This document shows positions 45,351 to 58,600 of a stretch of DNA of 64,000 bases, one piece after another. The position numbers and the translations under genes are program-made. The stretch is from Lama guanicoe. Its lineage: Eukaryota. The notes beneath the pieces are model-generated. The model made no database searches and was not told where the DNA came from. It saw nothing but the letters and a program-made list of their open reading frames with translations. Location: contig MU056000.1 of assembly GCA_013239625.1 (NCBI GenBank), positions 992,001 to 1,056,000 on the forward strand, read 5' to 3'. Numbering within the stretch: position 1 is the first letter of the stretch; each line of letters starts with the position of its first letter.

Positions 45351-48300
45351 CATTGCATTTCTTCTCATCACGGGCCATGTCTGGGACATGCCCTCCTGGT
45401 GGTGGACGACAGAGACCAGGGCTGTGGCAGGGTGTGGCAGAGCCCGTCTGGGAGGTGGGGGCTCATGTCCCTGCTACTGATGTGGTGGGTCATGGGGAGC
45501 AGGCTTCTTCCAGGAGGTGGATGGTGTGGTGGTTGGCTCCCCTGTCACGTCATCACAGGGCTCCCTGAGGGCAAGTGTGGGCCTCCGCGAGTCACTCAGA
45601 GGGCAGGGCCGGCAGTGTGGCTCTCACGCCAGCCATGGGGCAGCATAGGACAGGTGGCCATGTGAAGGCAGCATCTTTGTGGGGGTGAGGACCACTTACA
45701 TCACGTTCTCTTCATAAACAAGGAGATTCATGTGGCCTAGACACGGTGCTCATCACCAGGACTGACACTGAATCTTTGTTTACAGGCACCTGCACGTGAA
45801 TATCAAGGCAAGGTTAAATGGATTGATTTATAGAAGCAACCGGTGTATGTTCAATTGAGCCAAACATTTTAAGTTGAATTATCGGCTGAAATTGGATTTC
45901 AGAACTCAGCCAGTGGAGCCATGGGACCAAAGATGGTTCCCGCAGCTGTTTAGTGGGAAGGCCGGTGGTCACCCCTGGGGCCTTCCTGCCCACAGAGGGA
46001 GGAGATTGGGGACCGGAGGCTGGATGTGCTCCTGCAGCGGCTGGTGGGCGGGCAGCATCTCAGGCGGGTCTGAACCTGGGCCACCCGGCCTCCTGCTGGC
46101 CCGGACCCAGAGCTGACCTGTCCATGGTGGTCTGCCCAGAGGCAGGCGCTGCTCGGACCCTGCCCACCTGGGTCTGCCCCAAACTTGTTAGATGCATTTT
46201 GATTACACCGAGGAGAGGAACGATCAGGAATCTCTTTCTCGAAGAACAATTGGAGGAAACTGAAGTTTTGTGGTGGCAAGGGTGCAGAGAACATTTCCCG
46301 GATGGATGGGCAGCCTCAGTGAGACCTGGACACACTTGCCACGGCTCCATGTAATCTCCTCCCAGAAATGCTTAGCAGTCTGCCTTTTTCCTATGGAAGT
46401 GGAGGCCCAGGGCTCAGGAACGGGCCACGGAGAGGACTGACGTCCTGCCGAGGGATGTGGGGCCTGCAGGGCTGATCTGCCCGGCGGGCGGGGCCTCTGA
46501 GAGCCTGGGGTCCCGCGAGACTGCGGAGACCGGGTTTGTCCTGAGGGGGACAAGCAGCCACGTGCAGACTTCTCAGAAGCTGCCCTCGGAGTGTCCGACG
46601 GGATGCAATTGATCATCGCCCTGTGGACAGATGGACAGACCGTTCCTGCGCTGCCTGTAAAGCTGTGGGTCTGACTTCTCTGCCCTCGGAGCAGTTTTCC
46701 TTGTTATTTACTTAGAGTCGCGTCTGTAGGAGGCTCGTGGGTTCACCTGGTCAGAACATCATCCCTGGGCAATGCTTCTCCTGTTTCCACGGTTTCTCTG
46801 CCTGTTTCCCCAGCCTCTGCTCATCTGTCCTGTGAGCTGGTCCAGGGTGTGCCCGGGAGGTGAAGGAGTTCGGGGCTGGTTGGCGCTGGGAGGATGTGGA
46901 CACTCCCTGCACCCAGGAGATGCAAAGGAGGGGCAAAGGGGGATGGAGGGACAGGCAGCCCCACTGCCCTCCCTGGGCCGTGCTGGCAACCACCCTGATG
47001 AGCTGCTCCAGTGAAAGGGGCCCTCTCCGCAGAGCCTGTGGGTCGGGTCACCCTCCTTCGGGGAAACCGAGGCTGGCTGCCCCTGCCTTGCATACTTACT
47101 CCCCACCCCACAGAGCTCTTCAGAGGGGACCCTCAGGGCGGCTATGTCAGGCCGGTCTGTGAGGTCACGTTTGTGGCGCCCCCACTGCCGGGCGAGGCCA
47201 TGTGCCACCAGCCCTTCTGCATGGAGCCCGTGAACGCCTGCGGGGCCCGCCGCCCCGACTCACAGCCCACGTGGCCAGACGGCAGCAGCTGTTCCTGCAG
47301 AGGAAGCAACGGCCACGTCAGCCTGCAGATCACGTGCAGTCGTGCCCGGCCTGCGCCGGCCTCAGCTCTGTGGTGCGCAGGCTGCGAGGTGTGCAGTGCG
47401 GGCGTGAAGCTTATTTACGCAGTAAAATTGACCATAACCAAGAGAGGAAAAATAAAGGGGAAATAACATGTTTCACGCCATAATTACATAATGAAGTTTG
47501 CATTAGAAATACTGTTTGGCCCATGAACTTCCTCTGGACCCACCAGGAATGCTGGACGGCAAAGCCAGCTTCTCAGGTCTCGGCTGGAGTCTTGGGAGAA
47601 CACGGTTCTGAGGCGGGGCGCCCACGGACAGCTGGGGTGGTTCTTGGACTGGAACCACCTGGAAGGACCGGCCTGCACTGAGAGGAAGGGAGGGGGTCAG
47701 GCCAGGGTGCCGAGGAGAGATGAGAAGCTGGGCGCCGAGGAAGATGAATTCACTTTCTTCTCACGTAAACATGAATCCTGTGAAACAGCTCTTGGAAAGG
47801 AAGGCTGCTTACTCAGAAAGTGAAAAAAAAAGACAAACGACTCTGTGCCTCCGTGTTTACTCTGACGGTGCAGCGTTCGGCTGGAATTCTGACAACAGTC
47901 CACAAACTGAACGCTAAACCCCGGAGGTCTGGCTCCCACGTGACCCTCCTGCGCAGAGGGGCTCAGAGGTGTTACCACGTGCAGCGCCCCTTAAAGGGGC
48001 CCCGCGCGGCCCCGGTGGGGCCTCTGCGGACTCCAGACGAAGGAAGGCGGTGGGACCACAGCAGCTGGGGGCCCTTCGGCTCCCCCCATGGCCCTGGGGC
48101 TGTTGTCCTGCAGAAGGTCGCCCACCCGGTCCACGCGGGCTCACAGCACAGCCCAGGGCCTCCGCGCACTGCCGCCCGGTGACCTTGTCCTCGGGGCTGA
48201 GGCTGCCACTGTGTGTGTGCTGGGGGCTGAGCAGTGCCTGGGGCCCCGGGACAGAGGGAGGAGTCCAGATCCCTCAGGGGGCGGCCGAGGGAACTTCAAA

Positions 48301-51261
48301 CCCCGGCTGCAGCCCGGCCCAGAGGTCTCCGGGGGCTGGCCTCTCGTGGCAGCCCGGCCTGACCTATCGACTCTGTTCTGACCCACTGGGAGGGTCGTCG
48401 GGTCTCATGCTTTCTGTGAAGTCACTGCACCTGCTGAGATGGCGGGGCCCTGTATGTCCTGTCCGACCCCGCCCTGCGGGAGGTGTCACCACGCACCTGG
48501 CCTCTGTAGGCCTCCACTCTGCAGGTCAGTTTCCGCTGAGCTCATGGCCAGTAGCATGTGACAGCTGCCCTGTGGCCTGGGGCCAAGGACCCCGCCCTGG
48601 ACAGGGTCTGAGTGCCACCGGCCGGCTCCTGACCCAACGCCAGCGTCCGTCTTACTGCCTGTTCTGGGTGCAGCCCCGAGACAGCTGGCTGTTCGACCCT
48701 GTATGGATGAGAGTGAAATGGGGGCTGTCGGCCACTGGAGTCTTACCACGGGGACCAGAATGAGCAATGTGGCCGGGAGGGGATGGGACGGGACAGGCGA
48801 GAGGGCTGGGTGGAGGCAGGGACCTGGGAGACGGTACTGGCGGTGGTGAGCCCTGGACCTGGTTGCTGGGAAACTCTGCAGGGTCGGGGTCAGCCCCTTT
48901 GAAGCCCACGCCTGGCTCGGTCCCAATGATTTGGGAGCTGGTTTTACCCCACGGTCTACATGGGACGCGGGGTCTGCCAGGCGGAGCCTGCTCTCTGCTC
49001 TCCTTGCTGAGTACCCAGGCCTCACGGTCCCACGTAGATGCGGGCCTGGCATGGCCTGGACCCTGAAGACACCCAGAAGGGCCTGCGAAGTGGGCTCACT
49101 GGGACCCCGGGAAGCAGGTGGGAAGAGGCCAGGACTGACCGCACCCTCCAGGACACGCTCCGGGTCTGCCGAGTTCTGACCTCGAGTTCCTAGAAAGCGT
49201 CCATCGCCACTGCCTCCCTGGAGTGTTTTCTTGAAAAGGCTTGTCAGCGTCAAGGAGAACTAATTGCGAAGATGTGCGTAAAGAAACGATTGGAAACCCT
49301 GGTCAAGGCTCTGCGCCGAGTGAGGCCCTCACGCGTGACTTCCGTTTTCCTCAGCCTTCTTCGCGCTTCCCCAGTTTTCAGCAGAAGTGTCTGTAGTAAC
49401 AATCGGGAATAATCTGAAAGGCGAGACGGAGTTGCCGCCACCCCAGGACGCGTTTACGGTGGGACGTCTGTCACCGGTGGAGCTGCGCAGACACCGGGAG
49501 GGACCCGGGCGGCAGGGGCGGGTGGGGGTGGGACTTACACGCTCGCCCTTCCAGGCACAGAGAGTAGTGACGAGGTCAGGCAGGCAAGGTCAATGGACAG
49601 TGACGTTTGCAGGATGACCCGGAGCCATCTGTCCTTGGCGGAGCTGACGAGCTGTCAGTGCGGGTGGGGCTGCGGCGAGTGAGGAAGAGGGGGTGGCCGG
49701 ACGGACTGATGGGAGCCCACTGACCCTGTCACCTCCTCACCTGCCCGGGCATCTCCAGGGCGGGCGGCTGGAGGCAGGGGTGACCCAGACGGCCTGGGAG
49801 GAGGCTGGCCTGGGGGGGGGACCTGCCTGGGGACCCGCCTGGGAGGAAGCAGCCCCCTTCCTCTATGGGGCCCAGGTGCAAACCCACACACCGCCTGCGC
49901 CCGTTGGAAGCTGTCACTCCCAGGACCTCCATCCCAAAGTTGCTTCTTGTATTTAGAACTGTTTGTTTCTCTGAAATGTCTCTGATCTTGGTAAATGCCA
50001 CCCTGAGCCCTCTGACCTCTGCTTTGCTCAGGTGGGGGGAGGGAGGTGTCCAGGAAGAGAGGCTGTGGGGGCCGCTGGCCACCACGGCGGGGCTTCTGGA
50101 TCGCCAGAGAGGTGCTGTCCGTCTCCCTGCACTTCCCTCCTCCTCTTCTCCGTTTAGCCGTCCTCCCATTTACATGAATGTCAATGTGGAGAGTGAAATG
50201 CACCCGGGGGTGCTGCTTCCTGCTAAACCCGCAAGTTCAGACCGATTACCTATGTCAGGAAAGGGCCGAGCGTCGGGAAGCAGTGGGTCTGACTGTGGGT
50301 GTCACCAGTGCTGAGAGCGTCAAACGCCAAGAAGTGTGGTGGCTTATTCCTGGTCACCTGCAGAGAAACCTGTCCCCGTGGAGAGTCCCCATGGAGGGTC
50401 CCACATCTGGGAGACCCGTCCCAGCACCTGTGCGTGGGGACTGTCAGCCTGGTCCCTTCCTGGAAAGAGAAGGAGATAGTAGGCTGTTGGGTAAGGTTTT
50501 GGGGTGGCATCCAGATGTGGGGAGCAGTGTGCAGTGGGAGGTGTTCACCGGGTCACCCAGCCCCCTGTGCAGTCCTCGTGCCCAAAATTCCCCGGCCTGC
50601 CCGCACCCGCACCATGGCCGCCTGGCGGCAGGCTGCAGCTCTGTGCACCTGCACTTGTGGCCCGGTGGCCTCGCCCATGGGCAGCTTGTGTGGCAGTCAC
50701 CGAGGTCCCGTGCTCTCCCTCAGGGACGGGGAGCAGGCTCCGTCAGGGTCCCCAAAGGGCTGTGACTTTTGGCGAGGACGACACGGACCTGCTCATGGGC
50801 CACAGGGTGCGGCCGGCGTCCCCCCACCCCGTGCTCTCGGGAGGCGGCACGCAGCACCCCTTTCTGCCCCAGGCACGGGGGTTTCTCTGCACCTGCTGGG
50901 CTGACGCCCGAGGCAGAGAGCAGCCTGCGCTGTGGCTGAGGGCCCCAGCTCTGCTGGCCACTGGGACGCGAGCTTTGTGGGTTTGTGGGACAGAGGGTCA
51001 GTCGAGGCTCCCCAGGAGACCCCTGTGGTTAAGACCAAAGGGAGCACGTGGTGGGGACCCTGGCGGGCAGAGCCCGACGTGGCCGCGTTCCCCGAAATAA
51101 ACTCTCTCTGTGCAGAGCGCCCGGCCTCCTTGCAAGGTGGGGTGCTGGTGAGCCCCACGCTGCAGCCAGTTCCCTTCCACCGGGCTGCCTCATCCTCTGC
51201 ACACTTGACTTTCTGGGTCCTGGTCCCTCCTGGCGGGGCCACTGGCTTCGGCCACGTGCCT

Positions 51262-51600
51262 CTCCAGCGGGCCCAGGGCTGCTCCACACACAGCTGCTAG
51301 TGGGGTGGCCGGAAACAGCCGAGATGTGCCTCCCGGGCCTGGACGCAGGGGCCCTGAGCTAGTCAAGGGGCCGCTTCCCCCTGAGGCCTCTCTTCGGGCG
51401 TGCAGACGCCGCCTCGCCCTGTGTCCCCACACGGCCGGCCCTCTGTGCCTGTCTGTGTCCAGAGCGCCTCTTCTCAGGACTCCAGTCGCATGGGATCAGC
51501 CCACCCTGGGGCCTCGTTTTAGGACGACTCCCTCTGTAAAGACACAGCTCCAAAGCGGCCACTCCGTCCCTTGGCACCGCCTCCTCGGCCCTCTGGGGCC
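51262..51600 (-). mobile_element. MLT1A/B solo LTR, heavily GC-shifted
   Basis: ctgaggcctctct..ggcgtgcagacg..ctgtgtccccacacggcc..ctctgtg..tgtctgtgtcc..caggactccagtcgcatgggatca.gcccaccct..cctcgtttt..cctctgtaaagac..ctccaaa is collinear with antisense MLT1A/B. Confidence 0.75.
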
Positions 51601-51813
51601 CAGCCCCGCCCGGGCCCGGTTAGCAGGGCCGCCCCCGCGGGCGGGATTGCAAGCGAGCCGGCGGTGTGCAGCGGCCCCTGCGAACCCGGGGGCTTCACCA
51701 GGTGCCGGCCTCCACGGGGACATCTGGTGGGCCTTACCACTGGGCATAGAGAGAAGTGCACTCCCAGATCTCAGGGACATTTTGGTAACAAGGGACGTGT
51801 GGATTTTTTTCCA

Positions 51814-51897
51814 CTAAAGGACGTGCTGATTTTCCTCCCGAGTTCACGGTGACCCCTAAAGGACGTGCTGATTTTCCTCCCGAGTTCACCGTGACCC
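51814..51897 (+). repeat. 42-bp tandem duplication
   Basis: ctaaaggacgtgctgattttcctcccgagttcac(g/c)gtgaccc x2, with one mismatch. Confidence 0.95.
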
Positions 51898-54800
51898 CAT
51901 CCTCCTCCCCGCCCCCGCGTCCTCCATGAGCCACAGGGGAAGTGGGCGGGGGTTCGGTGGGGATCACCACCCCGCGTCTCGCAACATCTTAGCCGTCTGG
52001 TCCTGGCAGGCCCTCCCACCGCAGAATGACCTTGGACGACCTCGGTTACATCTTGGTGGGAAACGCTGGGTCTCAGTCACCCCTTGGCCTTTCCTTCCTT
52101 CTCCCCCTCGCTGCCAAGTCTGGGCAGCACCTGCATCCTGGACCCCGGGGAGCACCTGCAGGGTGGACTCGGGGGCAGAGCCCACCAGGGGCAGCCTGGC
52201 TGCAGCCCGCACACCACGCACCTGCCTCCCCAAGCCCCTGCCCTGGTCGTGTGTCCTGGGTTTCCAGGAATTAGGGTCTGGAATCACCAAGAGGCCTGGG
52301 TCTGTCCTCCCACAGGGCACAGTCGCCATGGTAATGGCCTCGAACAGTCCCTTTCGGGAAGGCTGGGGAGACTTGCAGCAGAAACTCCTGTCGGCGCAGC
52401 AGTGTCTGCTCCGGGGACCAGCCTCCCCTCCGTGGAAGGGTCCCAGGCCCCCGAGCTGGCTCCAGCGGGTGCTGGTCAAGGCGCCATGATTCAAGTCCAC
52501 CCTCAGCTTCCCAGGCCTGCAGGCTACTTTGCATTGTTTTAATCTATTTTTTGTTTTTTGCTTTTGTCCCTTTTATGATACAAATCATAAGACTTGTGTA
52601 TTTGAGTCATAGGAACGTTGAGTCAAGAGTCAGTGGTGTTGGCAAAGGTCTCCATGGCCAGGCCATGTGTGGGCCGCCCTGCCACCCACTGGGGTCCCAC
52701 ACCCACCCATCTCTAGGGCCAAGACCTGCCCTTGGCCGGCCACCCCGGGACCCACATCGTGCTGATGGCCACGCCTCTCGTGGTCGCCGGCAGCCTGCAG
52801 GGACTGGTGTGGCAGAGTTGGGGAGAGCAGCGTCCTCTCTTCGTCGTGGTTCCTCCCAGCCACGTGGAGGGACGTTCTCTGGACCCTGGAGGGAACGGCA
52901 CACACAGTAAAGGCACCCCTGCACCACCACTCTCTCCCCGGGTGTTCGGGCCCTTTCCTGCTGGTGTTCTGATCTCATTCAATGCAGGCAACCTCCAGTC
53001 CGTTTCCTTCAGCCAACTGAGAACTTGGAGTTGCTCTCAGCCGCTGAAACAGATGCCACGAGGCCAGGACACAGCATCCAGCAGCCACGCCGTCCATGTG
53101 CGTGAAGCCGCACTGCGTGCCTCCCTGCCAGGCACGGGCCCCGGGCGGCCATCGGTAACTGTAGTCTCTCGCTCTCTGGGTTCAGGTCCGTCCTCCTGGC
53201 CGCAGCCTGCACCTGACCCTGGGGACCCTGAAAATTTGAGGCTGGTTCTCGGTTTCACACTGATGAGAGGTTCTTTCAGGCAAGCAGGGTGCAGACGGGA
53301 GGGTGGGGAGAGACGCCCAGAGCCGCTGGAGGACGCGGCCTCCTCTTGCTGGACTCTGCCTCCCGGCTGCTCCCCGGGCCCTGCCTTGTCCGTCAGGGGC
53401 CCTGCAGGGCTGTTAGTCCAGCCGCATTGTGAGTCGCCTGGCCTGTGGCAGGCCTGGCTCGTGACTCTGGTTTCCAGGAATTGTGACCTTTCAGCTACTG
53501 ACAATAAGGACTTCTTCTGGGCCGTCACAGAGGCTCTCCGGAGGGCCCCCAGGAGCTCCAGGGTGGGATTCAGCGCCCGGGGCTGTGAGCGTCCAGTCCC
53601 TGTGCCCTGCAAGCCACCCTGGGAGCACAGCGGCCCCGGGTCACCAGAGCCTCCGGGAAGGCGGCACCAGGCTCCAGATGACCACAGGTGATGGCCAGGA
53701 ATGATCCTGTCCCCCTGAGCGAGAGCCTTCCCATGGCAACCGAGCCTTTAAGCCTCTCGGTCTCATCAGACTGGGGAACTCACTCTTGTCCGGGAGCTTG
53801 TCCGCTGGAGGAGCCACAGTGACAATGATCCTGTGGACCAGGGGGTCCGTGAGGGGTCCGTGGAGGAGGGGAGGGGGCTTCTGTCGCCCCAGGTCCCAGA
53901 GGCTGGCACACCCTGAGGTCTGTCGTCACTCGTCAGGGTGTCAGCCTGCTGTGCCCCTCGACGGTCTGGAAGTCGGGGCTCCCTTCCTTTCTGCTCTCCC
54001 CACCTCAGGAGCACCCAAATCTGGACCCTGCTGGGCTGGTGGGTGCACAGGTGACGCCCCGTCCAGCCAGGGCCAGGGTGGGCGGCGTGGCTCTTCCAGT
54101 CCGAGGCCGCGCCTCCTTCCGTCCTGCTTCCCGAGACGTGAGCCCCGCAGACCCTCTGATCCTGCATAGCCCTGCGCGGTGTTTGGATGAAGCGCTGATT
54201 TGACAGGGACGTGTCCTAAAGCTCCGACACCCTGGACCAGGCCAGATGGAGCCCGGCTGGCGCACTGGATGTGGGGACGGCTGCTCGGCCGTGTACACAG
54301 GCTGGTGGCCCCGAGCGGCCGTGACTCGTGGGGCTGGACGGGTTGCTGAGGTCCGATGGCCATCACTGCCTCCTTGACACCCTGTCTAGTTGAACATGCA
54401 GATCCCAGGGAGGCAGCATCTGGTGCCGCGAACGGCTGGTGGCCCTTTACAGCAAGTACATTAATGACGTCCCTTGCAGAGCGCACTTGGTGAGGGGCGG
54501 CCCTGCGAAGCTGGGAGGCTCGTGGGCAGTCCTGCTCATTGGCGCTGCCCGGGCCCAGAGGCCACAGTGATGGCTGGTCCGCAGGAACCGCCGTGGGCTC
54601 CTCTCCACGTCCGTGACACAGTCACTTCTCGTGTTCTAGAGGGAGAGAGGTCAGACAAACGTGCAAAGTAAAGGCAAAGCTGCGGTGAGGGGTCCAGCCT
54701 TGGCTTTGACACAACCGTCTAGAAAACACCTGCGCCCTTTGCCCGTCTCTGCAGCGGCCCCTGCACTTAAAGGGCGCGTGCTTCCGCGTGCAAGCGTCTG

Positions 54801-55347
54801 TTTACCTCTTTGCACTTCACCCCTCATGAAAGAACGGCATCTCACAACCCTGCAACTGCACTGTCCCCCGAGGTCCACCCTCAGGGTCCCAGAACCGGGT
54901 GCAGGCCGGGTCCTGGTGGGAGCGTCGGGCGTGGGTCGTCAGCTTGCGGAGGATGGAAGCCGGCGGGCGAGGGTGCAGGGCTCCTATCTCTGTGATCCGC
55001 TTCTGGCTCAGCAAAATCTATTTTATAGACAAGGACAGCATTTTAAAGTGGACTTCACGGCGGGTGCGGGTCTGGGGACAAGAGAAGCTGTCTTCATCCT
55101 GTTTCCCGATGTCACAGATTTATCTGTTTCCCCAAGTAGGTCCGCTTATGTCACAGACGCTCAAGATGAGGACGTTGCGCTAATTGAGGGAAGGAAATGT
55201 TACATGTCAAGGACAATGACTTATTTCGTACTTGAAATGGGAGGAATGAAATGAATGGCGTCTGATTTCCAGCAGCACATGAAGGAAAACAAAATAACAC
55301 ATGGCTTGTGTGGTCGGAGGCGGGGGCTCTGCAGACGCCGGGGTGAC

Positions 55348-55633
55348 NNNNNNNNNNNNNNNNNNNNNNNNNNNNNNNNNNNNNNNNNNNNNNNNNNNNN
55401 NNNNNNNNNNNNNNNNNNNNNNNNNNNNNNNNNNNNNNNNNNNNNNNNNNNNNNNNNNNNNNNNNNNNNNNNNNNNNNNNNNNNNNNNNNNNNNNNNNNN
55501 NNNNNNNNNNNNNNNNNNNNNNNNNNNNNNNNNNNNNNNNNNNNNNNNNNNNNNNNNNNNNNNNNNNNNNNNNNNNNNNNNNNNNNNNNNNNNNNNNNNN
55601 NNNNNNNNNNNNNNNNNNNNACACACACACACA
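55348..55633. other. assembly gap ending in a (CA)n microsatellite
   Basis: N run 55348-55620 followed by acacacacacaca. Confidence 0.95.
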
Positions 55634-58600
55634 CGGCCCCTCCCACCGCCCCTGAAGCCGCCCCACAGTGGCTGGATGGCAGAAACAGGTGAAAAGCTGC
55701 AAATCCTCTGATAACCCTGGGCCGGCAGCGGTGGGCGAGGAGCGGTTCAGGAACCAGATAAGAAGGGAGTGCCCGTCCCGCCAGGCCCACGAGGAATGTG
55801 GAGCGGAGGGCTGGCTGGGGGTCACCCAAGGCTCTGGGCCCTCAGGGGACACAGCTGGCCTGCAGAGGTGTGGCTCCAACGGCCTGCTGGGCAGGCGCAT
55901 GGCTGTGGTCCTGCCCCGCGGGCTAGACTGCTTCCCTGCAGGCGAAAATTCTAGGCTAGATTAATCCTGAAATACGAAGTAAACCTGAGCGCGAGCACTC
56001 GTCTCACCATCTCCTCCCCTCTCACGCTGAGCGGGACGGAGCGAAGTTTGCAGCCAGCCTCACTCAGCCTCCACGTCCCCTCCCATCCTCAGCCACCTCC
56101 AGCCGCCCCCACCCCAAGAAGGTGGCCAGCTCTGCGGACAGAGGAGAAACGCCCTGAGGCCAAAGGGGAGGAGGAACCCCTAGGCCACCGCCACTTCCCA
56201 CCCCGGCTGCTTTCCTGGGTCCTGTGGGCCGGCCTGCCCTGCACAGAGCCCAGGGGGGCACACAGCGCTCCTGCCCTCCCCCAGGACCCCACACGGGTAG
56301 AGCCCTAGCCTTCCTCAGGGCCCAGTGCCCCTCGCTGACCAGCCGCAGGCACCCTCCTCAAGGCCCGGCATCGTCCCTGGAGCAATCCCCAGGTGCTGCC
56401 TGCCCCGCCGCCCCGTGGTACGTCTAACAGCGCACACAACCAGTTTTCACTACACAAGTGCCACGTGGGGAGGCCAGGTGTGGCCCCCACATTTTGGAGT
56501 TCCCCCGGTCCTGGGTGGTCCACTCCCCTTGCAGGGCCCCATGTTCACAAGGACGAGGCCACCAGAGGAAGACGCAGAAGCTTCATCTTCTCCTACTGGA
56601 CAGACAGGAGACCCACAGACCCACAGAAGTGGGGGTGACCCCACTGCCCCCTGCAGGGGCTCTGGCCACCTCGAGGGGGCCTTTGCCCTGAGTGTGCATT
56701 CGTGCCGACCGCCCTGCCCCAGAGGGTCTGTCGCCGGCGCCTGGGCACTACCGCGGATGTCAGGCCCACCTACTCGCCTGCTGTAACTTCCGTCTGCTGC
56801 AAAGCTGGGGCTGGGGTGCAGGCTGATGACCTTGAACTTGGGCTGAAGTCCCTTGAAGCAGGTCTCCATCATCAAATTCATGAATTAGGCCCCATTTGCA
56901 GCTGGACTGTGAATGGGCATCACCTGTGCAGCGGGACAGGCCCTGCTCCCCGCTGGTGAGGCCACCGTGGCGCCTCGGGGTGTCGAGGGCGGGGAGGATG
57001 GCAGGAGGCCCCGCGTCTGGCCTCGTGGCGGCAGCGTGCTCTTGAATTCCAGGTGGCGGTCTGAGGGGTGTACTAGAACTCTGGGGTGCTGGCGGGGTGG
57101 GGGACCTGGGGCCGGGCGGGGCTGGGAGGGCGTTGGTCCCACCGCAGTGCACCACCGTCCAGGGCACCGCAGGGCTGTGCGGCCAGAGCCCCTGCCCGAC
57201 TGGAAGACCGTGCTCGGCCCCCGGCCCACAGCTCCTTGGGGACAGGCTGGGGCCACCTCACCTGCTGTCTCCCTGCCACACGGCGAGGCCACACTGCCTC
57301 CTCTTCCCTCCTCCCCTAGCTCAACCACCATCAAGGGGGACACCCCTCTCCTCCAGATGCCTACACCCAGGGGCCAGTGACAGCCCGGGACTCCACAGGC
57401 CTCTCCTCTGCCCTCCCCCACACAAAGCCCTCTGCAGATGCCGGCGCGCCCTCCCAGCTCCCACCTCGGGGATCTCTGAGCCCCCGGGGCCCCGCATGCC
57501 CTCCTGTCTTCACCTCTGCCCCCTCTGTCCTGCTGTGAGGGAGACGCTGCCCTCTGCCCCCGAGCGCCCACACACAGGGCTGGGCCAACTGGCACCAGCA
57601 GGAGCTCTCCGCAGCCGCGCATGTGCATGTGTGCATGTGTGTGCGTGCAAAGAAGTGAGCAGGTTTGTGCCTGGGGGGACTCGTGCCTGGACATGCTTGT
57701 GAGGTAGGAGGTCGCCTCCTCCGGAGTTGCCCCCTCCCTCCAGCCATTCACACCACCAAGCCTTCCCCAGAGTTGCTGATTTTCCAAGGACAGCTCCTCA
57801 GCTGCAGGGGCCGGGACCTTCTCCTCCTGCCCCCTCCACTCACTCTGCACCTCTCCCTGCCTGCCACCTGCCGCGGGGATGGCGCTGAGCCACGGGCACC
57901 TTACACCTGCCAGAGGCCGACTCCCCTGAGCCTCAAGCAAACTCCCCTCGCATGGGCCATCCTAAGCAGGGCGCCAAGTCTGTGGGGCCATCAGGAAGGC
58001 ATCTTGGTGAGGTCAGGGTGCCCATCAGGTGCCTGGGTTGATCCTGGCACAGATGTGATGTGCACAGGAACGCTGCAACCCCTCCACCGACTCAGCGTCG
58101 AGCTTGGTCTGCAGGCAGCATCCAAGTGTGCCCCGTGTCCCACTCCCAGAAGTGCTCTGAATTTGACCAGCTTGTCTAGGAGCCTTCTTGACGCAGGACT
58201 CATGCGCCATGTCCAGTTAGGTCCCTAGAGATGTGAAGTCGTCGCGTGGAAACCACCTTTCCTCTTGTCCTTTGGTTTCTTTCTGCGGCCTTCATTCTGG
58301 TGGGTTATGGGCTATTTCCCCCCACCCCTGAGCACCCCCAGCCAGGGAACCTCACAGATTCAAGTGAGCAGCCCATGGCCTGCACCAGCCCTACCTGAGC
58401 AACGCGGTGCCTCCGCCCCGGGGGAGCGGCAAACGACTTGATGCTACTCCTGTTCACTGGTCCCCCAGGATTTCCCCAATCAGGCCCTTGGTGACCCTGC
58501 CCCAGCTCCCACCCAGCACATGTCCCTGGTTAAAACGAGCACTGTCCCCTCCAGTACCCTGGCCTCTGGACCAGGCCCTGCCTCCGCCTTGAACACTCTC

